From the IMG/VR virus record IMGVR_UViG_3300009169_000021, positions 1,885-65,884 of that record: DNA of 64,000 nucleotides; one strand, written 5' to 3'. The translations under genes and the position numbers were made by a program. The DNA comes from a virus (taxonomy: Duplodnaviria > Caudoviricetes). Positions 37,254 through 46,617 of the stretch are shown piece after piece (position 1 is the first letter of the stretch; every line of letters starts with the position of its first letter). Below the pieces are notes generated by a model that had not been told where the DNA came from, searched no databases, and was given only the letters and a program-made list of their open reading frames with translations.

Positions 37254-37795
37254 TGAATTCAAAATCTATAGGAAATAATTACGAACGTGAATTTATTAAA
37301 AAATTTTCTAAATGGGTAGTGGGTAATGATGATATACTTATAGCATGGAGAAATGTTCATAGTGGTTCTATATCTACCAATAGAATGAAATTAGGAAAAG
37401 ATGGAAGTAATATGTCCGGGGATTTTCAATGTATATCACCTGAGTATCAATATATATTTGACAGACTTCATATTGATAGTAAATGTTATAAAGAAATCAA
37501 TTTATTTTTTATAAATAGTAAGAATAAAAAATCTAATTCCATTCTTCAGCAATGGATTAAAACTTGTGATGAAGCATATGCAGTTAATAAACTTCCCGTA
37601 ATGCCAGTAAAAATAAGGGATAGATCTACACCTGAATTTATACTATTCCCTATATATGGAATAGATGAAATTAAATCCTTAAGTTCTATTAAATATCATC
37701 TAAATAATACAAAATTACAATATGATTTTATTTTATATATGCAAGATGATTTATTTAATAACTTACCTTTTGAATCTTTTTCTAAACTTTTATAA
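37253..37795 (+). CDS. Holliday junction resolvase (Hjc-like PD-(D/E)xK)
   Basis: SK..GN.YERE....FS.W, R...SG, GD, IDSK.YK, QW. Confidence 0.72.
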   Translation: MNSKSIGNNYEREFIKKFSKWVVGNDDILIAWRNVHSGSISTNRMKLGKDGSNMSGDFQCISPEYQYIFDRLHIDSKCYKEINLFFINSKNKKSNSILQQWIKTCDEAYAVNKLPVMPVKIRDRSTPEFILFPIYGIDEIKSLSSIKYHLNNTKLQYDFILYMQDDLFNNLPFESFSKLL

Positions 37796-37802
37796 AAAAT
37801 AA

Positions 37803-37832
37803 TTACACTTATAATATTTTTTAATTATATTA
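37803..37832 (+). promoter_or_regulatory. sigma70-type promoter
   Basis: TTACAC-17 bp-TATATT. Confidence 0.65.
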
Positions 37833-37872
37833 TAAATATAGAAGAATTATAAAACAAAATAAGGAGTAATTT

Positions 37873-38115
37873 ATGCGAATAAGTACAAAAGTGTTTATTA
37901 TGGGATTATTAGTAGGAATTTTTTTCGTGGGGTGTGAAAAATCTGAAGAAGACAAAAGAATTGAAAGTGAAATTTTTGGAGAACGACAAGAATTATTTTT
38001 CAAATGCTTGGCGAATATTCCAAAAGGTCCAGAAAGAACTGTAACTAATGATTGGGCTGAGGTTGTTCACGAATGTGAAATTAGCGCCTATAACCTTTCA
38101 AAGAAACGCTATTAA
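37873..38115 (+). CDS. small lipoprotein
   Basis: Basic N-terminus, hydrophobic core, lipobox-like FVG-C; own promoter and terminator. Confidence 0.65.
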   Translation: MRISTKVFIMGLLVGIFFVGCEKSEEDKRIESEIFGERQELFFKCLANIPKGPERTVTNDWAEVVHECEISAYNLSKKRY

Positions 38116-38128
38116 AAAAGTATTAAAA

Positions 38129-38162
38129 AAAATCTATACAGTTTTTATACTGTATGGATTTT
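38129..38162 (+). terminator. Rho-independent terminator
   Basis: AATCTATACAGT/ACTGTATGGATT stem with one G-U pair, T-rich end. Confidence 0.65.
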
Positions 38163-38205
38163 ATAATATAATTAAAAAATTATAATTTTTTAATTATATT
38201 ATAAA
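38160..38205. repeat. perfect 46-bp loopless A/T palindrome with back-to-back copies of the sigma70-promoter block
   Basis: 23 bp each side of the centre 38182/38183, checked base by base. Confidence 0.85.
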
Positions 38206-38382
38206 TAAGAAATTAAGGAGAAATTATGTTAGATGAAAGATTTGATAAAATTATAATTCTTATAGAAGAAATACAAAAAGATGTTGATATTCCTCAACAC
38301 CTAAGAAACAACTTGAATTATACAAAAAGAGATCTAATGCAGGTCTATTCTAATTATAGAATTCATAAGGAGAAGATTCATA

Positions 38383-39471
38383 ATGTTATATAATTTATAC
38401 AGACCTAAAACTATAAATGAAGTTGTAGGACATGATAATACAGTTAAAGCATTAAAGAAAAGATTTAAGGATAATGATATTCCTCATAGAATACTTCTTA
38501 CAGGAATTACTGGAATAGGTAAAACAACCTTGATGAGAATTATCAGTAAAAATATCTTATGTAATAATAGAGACAAAGAAAATTATAGTTGTAATACTTG
38601 TGATATATGTAAAGCTATAGATAATGAACAACAAAATGGATTCTACCATGAGTTGAACGCTTCCAATTTAGGTATAAATGAGGTACGGGATTTAGTTCAA
38701 GATGCTGAAATAAAATCTTTTTCACAAGCTAAAGCAAAAATATTTTGTATAGATGAAATACAGACAATGTCTAAAACTCCAGCAGCATTAGCTAATTTAT
38801 TAAAGCCTTTAGAAAAGGATTATAAAAATGTATATTTTATACTTGGTTCCATGGGGGATGTAAAAGAAATACCTAAAGCTATTCTTAATCGTTGTACTAC
38901 ATATAATCTTAAACCTATATCTATGGAAGATATAGCAAAACAACTGTATGGTATATGTAAAGCAGAAGGAATAGAAATAGATAGTGAAGAAAAAGCAAAT
39001 GTAATTATAACTGTAGCTGATAATAGCTATGGTAGTTTAAGAACCGCTGTAAGTTATCTGGATAGAGTTATAGATAGTGAATTATGGACAGTAACTGAAG
39101 TAGTAAAAGAACTTGAAATAATATCTGTAAATGATATGGTAAAAAGTATCAATAATATTTTTAAAGGTGATCCAAAAGCTTTTGAAATAACTTATACAAA
39201 AGAACTTGTAGACAAATTAAGAAATACTATAAGCACAATGTATAAAATTAAATCTGGAGTAGAAGTTCCTTCATGGCAAACTAAGCAATTAAATGGAATA
39301 GATAAAACTATTCAACTATCTCAAATAGAATTCGCATTAGATCAATTATTTGAACTTAACAAGTTTTCTTATTTAACACAGGAACTTATTGATTTTATCC
39401 TGGTAAAAATACTATCAAATAATAAAATTTATAATAGTAATTTAACTCCAAGAAGAAGAGGTGAAATATGA
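38383..39471 (+). CDS. dnaX: clamp-loader subunit, DNA polymerase III gamma/tau-like AAA+
   Basis: YRPKT..EVVGH, GITGIGKTT, C...C..C..C zinc motif, DEIQ, NRC, GSLR.A. Confidence 0.8.
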   Translation: MLYNLYRPKTINEVVGHDNTVKALKKRFKDNDIPHRILLTGITGIGKTTLMRIISKNILCNNRDKENYSCNTCDICKAIDNEQQNGFYHELNASNLGINEVRDLVQDAEIKSFSQAKAKIFCIDEIQTMSKTPAALANLLKPLEKDYKNVYFILGSMGDVKEIPKAILNRCTTYNLKPISMEDIAKQLYGICKAEGIEIDSEEKANVIITVADNSYGSLRTAVSYLDRVIDSELWTVTEVVKELEIISVNDMVKSINNIFKGDPKAFEITYTKELVDKLRNTISTMYKIKSGVEVPSWQTKQLNGIDKTIQLSQIEFALDQLFELNKFSYLTQELIDFILVKILSNNKIYNSNLTPRRRGEI

Positions 39472-39698
39472 GTCAATTCTATAATATACAACGAATGGGA
39501 AAATACTCAGATGGATCTATAGATCATGATGATAATGGTGATTATTGTAGATTTGATGAGGTAGAACCAATTATTATAAAACTTGAACAAGAGATATTAG
39601 AACTTATACAGTTCATATATATTATAAGAGATAGTAATGAGAATGATATAGAATGTATTGATACATTTATATCTAAATATCCGAAGGGGGCACTATGA
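39468..39698 (+). CDS. hypothetical protein
   Basis: GAGGTG RBS; ATGA overlap. Confidence 0.55.
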   Translation: MSQFYNIQRMGKYSDGSIDHDDNGDYCRFDEVEPIIIKLEQEILELIQFIYIIRDSNENDIECIDTFISKYPKGAL

Positions 39699-39859
39699 GA
39701 AAGATATTTTGGTTATTTGGATTAACGATAGTATTGACTATAATAATAACAATAGGGAATACATATAATCTTTTTACTAACCCTTATTTCTTTATAGGAT
39801 ATCTTATGGTTTTTAATCTTTTAGGATATATTGAAGGTTATCACCAAGGAAAATAATTT

Positions 39860-40264
39860 ATGAATAATACTAAAACTATAATTTGTAAAGATTGTAATAC
39901 AGAAGTAGTGATTAAAAAATTAGACGGTAGAACTATTAGATGTAAAAAGTGTCAAGATAAATTTAATCATAATTATCAGAATAATTATCAAAAAGAATAT
40001 TTTCAAAAATATAGAAGAGTAAAAGCCCAAGATGATAAAAGACCAAGAACATATAAAAGAAGATATATAGATTCATTAGATGATGTAGAATACTGTAAAC
40101 AAAATTGGCAAACTGTAGAAGGATGTTTAAACTGTAAATGTAAAGAATGTTTACAACCGGTTGATAACGATTCTTTTCTTCCATGGGAAAAAGAAGGTTT
40201 TTACAGAGATGATAAAAAAATAGAAAACAAACTTGAATATGAGTTTGAGAGAAATATTAAATGA
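39860..40264 (+). CDS. Zn-binding hypothetical protein
   Basis: CKDC...RCKKC and CLNC.CKEC. Confidence 0.6.
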   Translation: MNNTKTIICKDCNTEVVIKKLDGRTIRCKKCQDKFNHNYQNNYQKEYFQKYRRVKAQDDKRPRTYKRRYIDSLDDVEYCKQNWQTVEGCLNCKCKECLQPVDNDSFLPWEKEGFYRDDKKIENKLEYEFERNIK

Positions 40265-40518
40265 AAATGAATAGGTATAATAAATTGATACTACAAATGG
40301 ATAAACTTAATTGTATTGAATGTGAGAAGCCTTTAACAGATATAACAATGTGTGGAAAAGTATTTCCAAAAAATACTGTTTTTGTTAAAAGTGTGACAAT
40401 TCCTTTAGAAAATACACCTTTAAAATATTATAATTTTGTTTGTGAATCTTGTAAAACAGTTAATAAATGTTTAGCTATAGTAGATGAAAGTCATCCGGAG
40501 TTTTTTAATGAGATCTGA
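40261..40518 (+). CDS. Zn-ribbon protein
   Basis: CIEC...CESC. Confidence 0.55.
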   Translation: MKMNRYNKLILQMDKLNCIECEKPLTDITMCGKVFPKNTVFVKSVTIPLENTPLKYYNFVCESCKTVNKCLAIVDESHPEFFNEI

Positions 40519-40753
40519 ATATTATAAATTTTTATCTGATAATAAATTAAGTGATATGTTTAGTCATATACCAGAATTATCATATAGTTATAAACTTATA
40601 GTATTAAAGGAACTTATTGCTCATTATACTATAGAACAAGTTAATATGGCACTTAATGAATATGAACTTAATTATATAAAATTAAATAGAGTAGATATAG
40701 GAAAATTACCTAATACTCTAAAAGGAATAATAACTAGGAGAATACAAGAATGA
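40484..40753 (+). CDS. hypothetical protein
   Basis: Coupled ORF. Confidence 0.5.
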   Translation: MKVIRSFLMRSEYYKFLSDNKLSDMFSHIPELSYSYKLIVLKELIAHYTIEQVNMALNEYELNYIKLNRVDIGKLPNTLKGIITRRIQE

Positions 40754-41679
40754 GTTTAATCATAGTTTCAGATTTACACTTAAAAAATAAAGAGCCATTT
40801 CTTTCAGCTTCACGAAAATTTCTAAACTGGTTAAATGAAAATTATTCTAGTTATAAACTATTATTTCTTGGAGACTGTTTTGATTCAAGCGCCCCTATAT
40901 GGGAAGTATATTCTATTTTTAAAGAGTTTTTATTAAGTAGAAGCAATCATACATATCTACTTCAAGGTAATCACGATTTATCAAAAAGTAAGGGTTGTGC
41001 TTTATCAAGTTTTGGTTTATTAGATGAAATTTCTGTATATGAAGATAAAGCAGAGGTGTTTACAACAGATAATTTAAATTGTCTTATTCTTCCATTTAAA
41101 TATGATTATAAAGATTATAGTCATATAGAGGGTAATTTTGATTTTATCTTTTCTCATATAGTTCCTACAAAAGTTCAATTCGCAAATGAAGGTATTGACT
41201 TTCCTAATATTAAAGGAATATTCATACATGGACATACCCATATTTTTAAAGAGAAAGAATATATAGATACTTATATGAATAAGCATATTATATTAGGAGT
41301 CCCACTTAGCACTCGGAATGGTGAAGATCAAAAACATCAAATAATAGAGATAGATGATAATAAAAATATTACTTATATAGATGTACCATATTATTTTAAA
41401 TATGAAACAATTAACTATGGAGAAGAACCAACCAATAAAAATAATATACTTAATATAATCAATGCCCCTAATAGAAAACTAGTATTTGAAAAATATAAAG
41501 ATTATTATATACGAGAAGAAGGTATAGAACTTCTTAGAACAGAAACTACAAAAGAAGATTATAAAAAGGAATTTGAATCTGCAAATATATTACAAAAATT
41601 TAAAAAATATGCAGAAGATAAAGGATTATCAAAAGAGGTATTAGAATGTTGTTCTACAAAACTATCTCAGATTGTATAA
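40750..41679 (+). CDS. Mre11/SbcD (T4 gp47-like) nuclease subunit
   Basis: SDLH, LGD.FD, GNHD, SH, GHTH metallophosphoesterase motifs. Confidence 0.8.
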   Translation: MSLIIVSDLHLKNKEPFLSASRKFLNWLNENYSSYKLLFLGDCFDSSAPIWEVYSIFKEFLLSRSNHTYLLQGNHDLSKSKGCALSSFGLLDEISVYEDKAEVFTTDNLNCLILPFKYDYKDYSHIEGNFDFIFSHIVPTKVQFANEGIDFPNIKGIFIHGHTHIFKEKEYIDTYMNKHIILGVPLSTRNGEDQKHQIIEIDDNKNITYIDVPYYFKYETINYGEEPTNKNNILNIINAPNRKLVFEKYKDYYIREEGIELLRTETTKEDYKKEFESANILQKFKKYAEDKGLSKEVLECCSTKLSQIV

Positions 41680-41864
41680 CTCAATCAAGAAAAGAATATA
41701 ATAGATTGATAAAAAGAAGAAAGGAAAGATTATTAGAATTTATTCGTTATGATGTTCCTAAATTTATTATTGTCAATGAGATTGAATTGTTACGAGAACC
41801 CTTCTATAAATTTCTTGTTAAAAGATTGATGAATAAGTTATATAGTAGAAAAATATTATTGTAA
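41646..41864 (+). CDS. hypothetical protein
   Basis: GAGGT RBS; last gene before the convergent terminator. Confidence 0.45.
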   Translation: MLFYKTISDCITQSRKEYNRLIKRRKERLLEFIRYDVPKFIIVNEIELLREPFYKFLVKRLMNKLYSRKILL

Positions 41865-41896
41865 GCTTCTTTTCATAAACTCTCCCATGTGAATTT

Positions 41897-41929
41897 AAAA
41901 ATCCATTATTTCTAATGGATTTCTTTTTT
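41897..41929. terminator. bidirectional terminator between convergent operons
   Basis: AAATCCATTA/TAATGGATTT stem with A and T tracts on either side. Confidence 0.65.
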
Positions 41930-43211
41930 AGTCAAAATCTCCTACAAAGGGATGATCATTATCAACACCTATTTTTGGTTTACTTATAGTTAGTTGAGAA
42001 TATGGCATACCATCTTTATCAAATAAGTGTTTAGATTCACATATGAGCCATTTCCCCATATATTCTTGAGCTATTTCATTATTTTTTGTTTGTTTTTCTA
42101 TTCGTATAGATATAGTTTTACCTGATACAATTTTAGGATTAAATTGAACAACTATAATCATTCTATATGATAAATTTGTATTTTTATATTTACCATTTTT
42201 ATATCCTTTATATAATTCTACATTATTCATTTCATCTTGTATTCCAAAATAATCGTGAGATGTACTTTCTGATGTAGATATATATTGTCTTCGTATAAGA
42301 AGTTTATCATTTCCTGAAGATCTAACCATATTTGCAGCAGCTATATTTAATGGTTCTTCTACTGAAGGAACTCCTGCTGAACTATAATTATGAAATTGTT
42401 TTCTATAGTTATTAAAATTAACAGGAATACCACCATGTAATATAGTATAACTTTTTATATACTTTTCATTGTACATCATATCTTGAGTTAAATTTAATTC
42501 ATATTCCATCACTACTGGTTGATCTAATAAATTTTGTAGAGACATAAAATAAAATTCACCATTACTATTTATAAAAGTATAAAAAGGTGAAGTATCTGAA
42601 TTAGCTGAATAAGCATGTTCAGATAACATTTCAATAAAAAATCTATTGGTCATATTACATTGATTTAAATAAGGAAAGCCTGTAGTAGGAGTAATAAATA
42701 ATTTTTGATTTGGTCCTGAGGGCGCCAAATTCCAATCAGATATAATTTCAGTTGTTAACATTTGATCTATAGTTTTAGGTGTACCATTTTCAAAATTAAA
42801 TGCTCTTGATTTAGGATAATCTTTATAAGCATATTTTGATAGCATTAAAAATACAACATCACCAGAGATATTAGAAGACATTACAATATTATTTATTTGA
42901 GCTTCTGACCATACATATGTATGTTCTAAATATCCTCCTGAAGTAGTTCCATCAAGTTCTGATACTATAGGACTACCTAATTTAGTTGCTAGTTCTAAAC
43001 CTTCAATAAAAAATAATCTATCAGGAATTAAACCTGAAGAATCTCTAAAATATACTTCTGAATAAGGATAAAAAGAAAATATAGAATCTTTAAAATATAT
43101 TCTATTATATGCTCTTAAAGAAACAGGTGCATCGGTATCTTCCTCATTACCAAATTTAATGGCAGGAGGAGTTGATACCATACTAAAATCATATCTACTT
43201 AATATTCCCAT
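41928..43211 (-). CDS. putative baseplate hub protein (T4 gp27/P2 gpD-like)
   Basis: ATGGGAATATTA reads on the reverse strand; F.F..L..L and G.WLI....H.F...Y...LT.SK hub-like motifs. Confidence 0.6.
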   Translation of the reverse strand: MGILSRYDFSMVSTPPAIKFGNEEDTDAPVSLRAYNRIYFKDSIFSFYPYSEVYFRDSSGLIPDRLFFIEGLELATKLGSPIVSELDGTTSGGYLEHTYVWSEAQINNIVMSSNISGDVVFLMLSKYAYKDYPKSRAFNFENGTPKTIDQMLTTEIISDWNLAPSGPNQKLFITPTTGFPYLNQCNMTNRFFIEMLSEHAYSANSDTSPFYTFINSNGEFYFMSLQNLLDQPVVMEYELNLTQDMMYNEKYIKSYTILHGGIPVNFNNYRKQFHNYSSAGVPSVEEPLNIAAANMVRSSGNDKLLIRRQYISTSESTSHDYFGIQDEMNNVELYKGYKNGKYKNTNLSYRMIIVVQFNPKIVSGKTISIRIEKQTKNNEIAQEYMGKWLICESKHLFDKDGMPYSQLTISKPKIGVDNDHPFVGDFD

Positions 43212-43215
43212 TATT

Positions 43216-45015
43216 TTATAAATATACCGTAGTTATTTTCCACATAATAGCTCTTATTTGTATTGATGTAATTGCTGCTGTAGATACAGTTAATAAATAC
43301 CTAGTTTTTTTAGTAGTTATATTTATTGGTTCAATCGATGTAATAGTGTATTGCATATTATTATCTATACTAGTTGCATTTTGCCAAGTTGTATAAGAAT
43401 TTAATGCTACTGATGCTGAATCGGATATATAATCATCTATAACAGTGGCAATAGATGTTACTATAACCCGTTTTGCTCTTAATTTCTCAATCCATTGTCC
43501 TATGGGATAACTTATAGATCCGCCTAAATTATAAATTGTACCTGCTCCCGGAGAGGACTGTGTACCTCCAACAGTATTTGTATAATGCACACTCCATTTA
43601 TTAGGATCACGATTAAATCCAAAGGGTTGTTGTTCCATACTATAATAAGGATTTCTTATATAATTACCTGTACTATCACTTACTAAACTATGATCGGTAC
43701 CTCCATATAAAGTTAATGTTGTATTAGGTGCTGTATATGAAATATTTGTAAGAATAAATTTTTTATTTACTAATATATTTGAAACTCCTTGAGCTGTTTG
43801 TAAATCATATTTAGTTTTTATAGTTTCTTCATCAAGAGCATAACCATCTATTAAAAATAAATCATCTATTTGTCCAGAATTACCACTACCAAACCATGAT
43901 ACATATGTTGTCCCATCGGAAGTTAATGCACCTATACGAGTGTATGAAGTAGAATCAAATACAAGTGTAATCGAATAAGCACTAATTTCTAATTTACCGT
44001 CAACATATATTTGTACATAGTTGTTTTTATAAGTAACTACTACATAATGCCATAAATTATCGGTTACGTCTGTTATACCATCGATTCGACTGTAATTTAC
44101 ATTTACTATATCACCTGTATTATTACCACCTATAAAATAAATAGCTCCATTACCAATTAAAGTACCTATATAAAAACCAGCTCTATTAGTGGTACCAACT
44201 TTATTGTAAGATTGAAATATAATAGAACCATTAGATTTATCATTAAGTTTAACCCAACACCCAATAGTAAAATCTCCAGTAGGTTTAAAAGTATTATCAG
44301 CACATTTTAATGCTTGGTCAGTACCATTAAGAGTAAGAGCGTTTCCAAATTTTCCTGCTGTATATGTAGGAGTACCTATATCAGTCATAGTAACACCTGC
44401 AATAGATTCGGTACTGTTGGTATTAAATGTCCAATAATTTGTAAGTGCTTGTTCTTGTTCTAATCTAAGTTTCATACCTTTTGAATATTTAGAAGTTTTA
44501 TCACCAACTGTTGTCATAGTAAATGTAGGTGAATCTGTAGAAGCATATGACCAAGTTTCTTTTGCTGGTATCCATCCAGTAGTTGTTTGATCTGTTTGTG
44601 TTATATTTGTTCTTTCTGAATAATCTATATAAGTTAAAGTACTTGCTACATATATACCTTTTCCAATTATTATATCAGAACTATTTAAACTTGCATAAGT
44701 TTTTGCAGTAAAATCCATTCCATTTGTTGCAGAATCTATCCAAGAAAATTGACATGTTATGTAAGGTGTTACCTCTGCTATAGTAAGTGTATGATCAACT
44801 AGTGTTTTTATATGTACAGATTCTTGAGTTGCTGTTTTACATACTACTGTCATAGCTGCTATGGTAACAATGTTTCCTGAACTTATACTAGCTTCTCCAC
44901 CTAGATATATACCAGCTTTAGAAATAGGATCAATCCATTTATTTAGATATTCCGCTGTTAGATCATTATTATATTGAAAGTATACTTGTTGTGTTCCACT
45001 AGTTATTGTTGACAT
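43216..45015 (-). CDS. tail fibre/receptor-binding protein with LamG (ConA-like) domain
   Basis: GKFGNAL..NG, FTIGCWVK, WHYVVVTY....QIYVDG, IG, G.IDDL; reverse-strand start. Confidence 0.75.
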   Translation of the reverse strand: MSTITSGTQQVYFQYNNDLTAEYLNKWIDPISKAGIYLGGEASISSGNIVTIAAMTVVCKTATQESVHIKTLVDHTLTIAEVTPYITCQFSWIDSATNGMDFTAKTYASLNSSDIIIGKGIYVASTLTYIDYSERTNITQTDQTTTGWIPAKETWSYASTDSPTFTMTTVGDKTSKYSKGMKLRLEQEQALTNYWTFNTNSTESIAGVTMTDIGTPTYTAGKFGNALTLNGTDQALKCADNTFKPTGDFTIGCWVKLNDKSNGSIIFQSYNKVGTTNRAGFYIGTLIGNGAIYFIGGNNTGDIVNVNYSRIDGITDVTDNLWHYVVVTYKNNYVQIYVDGKLEISAYSITLVFDSTSYTRIGALTSDGTTYVSWFGSGNSGQIDDLFLIDGYALDEETIKTKYDLQTAQGVSNILVNKKFILTNISYTAPNTTLTLYGGTDHSLVSDSTGNYIRNPYYSMEQQPFGFNRDPNKWSVHYTNTVGGTQSSPGAGTIYNLGGSISYPIGQWIEKLRAKRVIVTSIATVIDDYISDSASVALNSYTTWQNATSIDNNMQYTITSIEPINITTKKTRYLLTVSTAAITSIQIRAIMWKITTVYL

Positions 45016-45039
45016 TTATATAATCCTCATAATTTTTGT

Positions 45040-46290
45040 TTATAAAGGTACTTCAAAAGTATTAAAATAAACTGTTATTCCAAATGCTGAAGGAGATGCT
45101 GTAGATCCATCCGATTGAGTTTTTATATATCTATTATTTGTAATAATTTCAAAAGATGCTCCATCAGCTGCTGTAAGAGATGTAGTCGCTTCTCCATATG
45201 CAATAGTGTTAGTAATATAGATTCCATTTATATATCCTGATAATGTAGCAACTAATACAAAAGCTGATCCAGATTTTGAACCATAAGCTCTAATAGAACC
45301 TTTTATTTTAGTAACTAATTCAGGAATATAAATAGTTAAATCTCTAGCTGTTCCTGTATCTAAAGTAGTTGATGTAGTAGAGTAAGCTGTTGTTAAAGTT
45401 GCATATCCCCATATTTTATCTTGTTGTACAAAATCAACAAAATCACCACTAGTGTTTCTAACCATAGAAACTAATCTTTTACGGGTATATCCACTAGGTA
45501 AAGTGGGTGATGTAGAACTCGCAGAAAATACCCCTGTTACTGTTCCATCCGCTTTTGTAAGAATCCATATATAATACCATGCATTTGCAGATTCTGTTGA
45601 AGTATCAAGACCTAATGCACCTGATGCTGTAATATCAATAGTAAGTGATCTAGCTCCTGTTGGTCTTCCTTCTACATACAATTCTGTCCAAGAAATATCT
45701 ACTTGATGATCTGGATGAGATGCATTTCTTTTTACCAATAAACCAACATAACTACTTCCATGATAAGTAGCTATATAATTAAAAAGAGATACTTCATCAA
45801 TAAGTATATCATTACCAACATATAAATCATTTGAAATTCTAGCATTACCAACAGTATTATCTACACTTCCCCAATTTTTATAAATATAAGTAGATGATGT
45901 TATTGTTGGTCCAGTAAAAACACATTCACCTAAACAAACTTCATTTGTAATTGGACCAGCAGCTACTGATCTTTGTTCAAAACTTAACCAATTATTTGCT
46001 ATATTATCCCAATCATAAGTAATACTAATCACAGGTGTAGCGGAACTTACCGCTAGAACTACAGCAGTAAAAGTTTCAACTCTTATCATTTTATCTGTTC
46101 CTACATTTAAGTAGGCAACAAAAGGAGCAATAGAAATAGTAGCAGCTCCGGCAGGAGTCATTAGCCCTCCTTGATATATACCAGGAACTATTCCTCCTCT
46201 AAGAATAGTATTGAAAGAAGCTCCTGTTGCTGGATTTAAATAATCAAATGTAATTACTTGACTTCCTAAATTTATTGTTGGATCTGACAT
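45040..46290 (-). CDS. tail fibre/baseplate-attached protein
   Basis: N-terminus paralogous to 43216..45015; GLDT..E....WYYIW...P.LPSGYT.KR.V motif of fibre domains. Confidence 0.65.
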   Translation of the reverse strand: MSDPTINLGSQVITFDYLNPATGASFNTILRGGIVPGIYQGGLMTPAGAATISIAPFVAYLNVGTDKMIRVETFTAVVLAVSSATPVISITYDWDNIANNWLSFEQRSVAAGPITNEVCLGECVFTGPTITSSTYIYKNWGSVDNTVGNARISNDLYVGNDILIDEVSLFNYIATYHGSSYVGLLVKRNASHPDHQVDISWTELYVEGRPTGARSLTIDITASGALGLDTSTESANAWYYIWILTKADGTVTGVFSASSTSPTLPSGYTRKRLVSMVRNTSGDFVDFVQQDKIWGYATLTTAYSTTSTTLDTGTARDLTIYIPELVTKIKGSIRAYGSKSGSAFVLVATLSGYINGIYITNTIAYGEATTSLTAADGASFEIITNNRYIKTQSDGSTASPSAFGITVYFNTFEVPL

Positions 46291-46302
46291 TTATATTTTC
46301 CT

Positions 46303-46602
46303 CTACTTAACCGTAGTCTGTTTAAATTCTTCTTGTGTCATAAGATATTCATATGCAGATTTTAAAATACTGTTTTTTGAAAAATCTTTTATTTTTAAAT
46401 CTGTAAATTTTATTTTAAATACTTTTTTATATATACCCATGCCAGAATTTTGTCTAGCATATTCAGTGGTATATCCTCTAAGTCCTATACGAATTTCTTC
46501 TGTAAGTGTATCAATAAATAAATCATCTATTTTATAGTATACCTCTTTAAAATCAAATTTATAATCATTATTCTCTTTAGTTAATGTACCTATTATTGCC
46601 AT
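46303..46602 (-). CDS. putative tail fibre assembly protein
   Basis: Small gene after the fibre gene; C-terminal AYEYL.T..EF. Confidence 0.5.
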   Translation of the reverse strand: MAIIGTLTKENNDYKFDFKEVYYKIDDLFIDTLTEEIRIGLRGYTTEYARQNSGMGIYKKVFKIKFTDLKIKDFSKNSILKSAYEYLMTQEEFKQTTVK

Positions 46603-46617
46603 ATTATATATTCTCCT

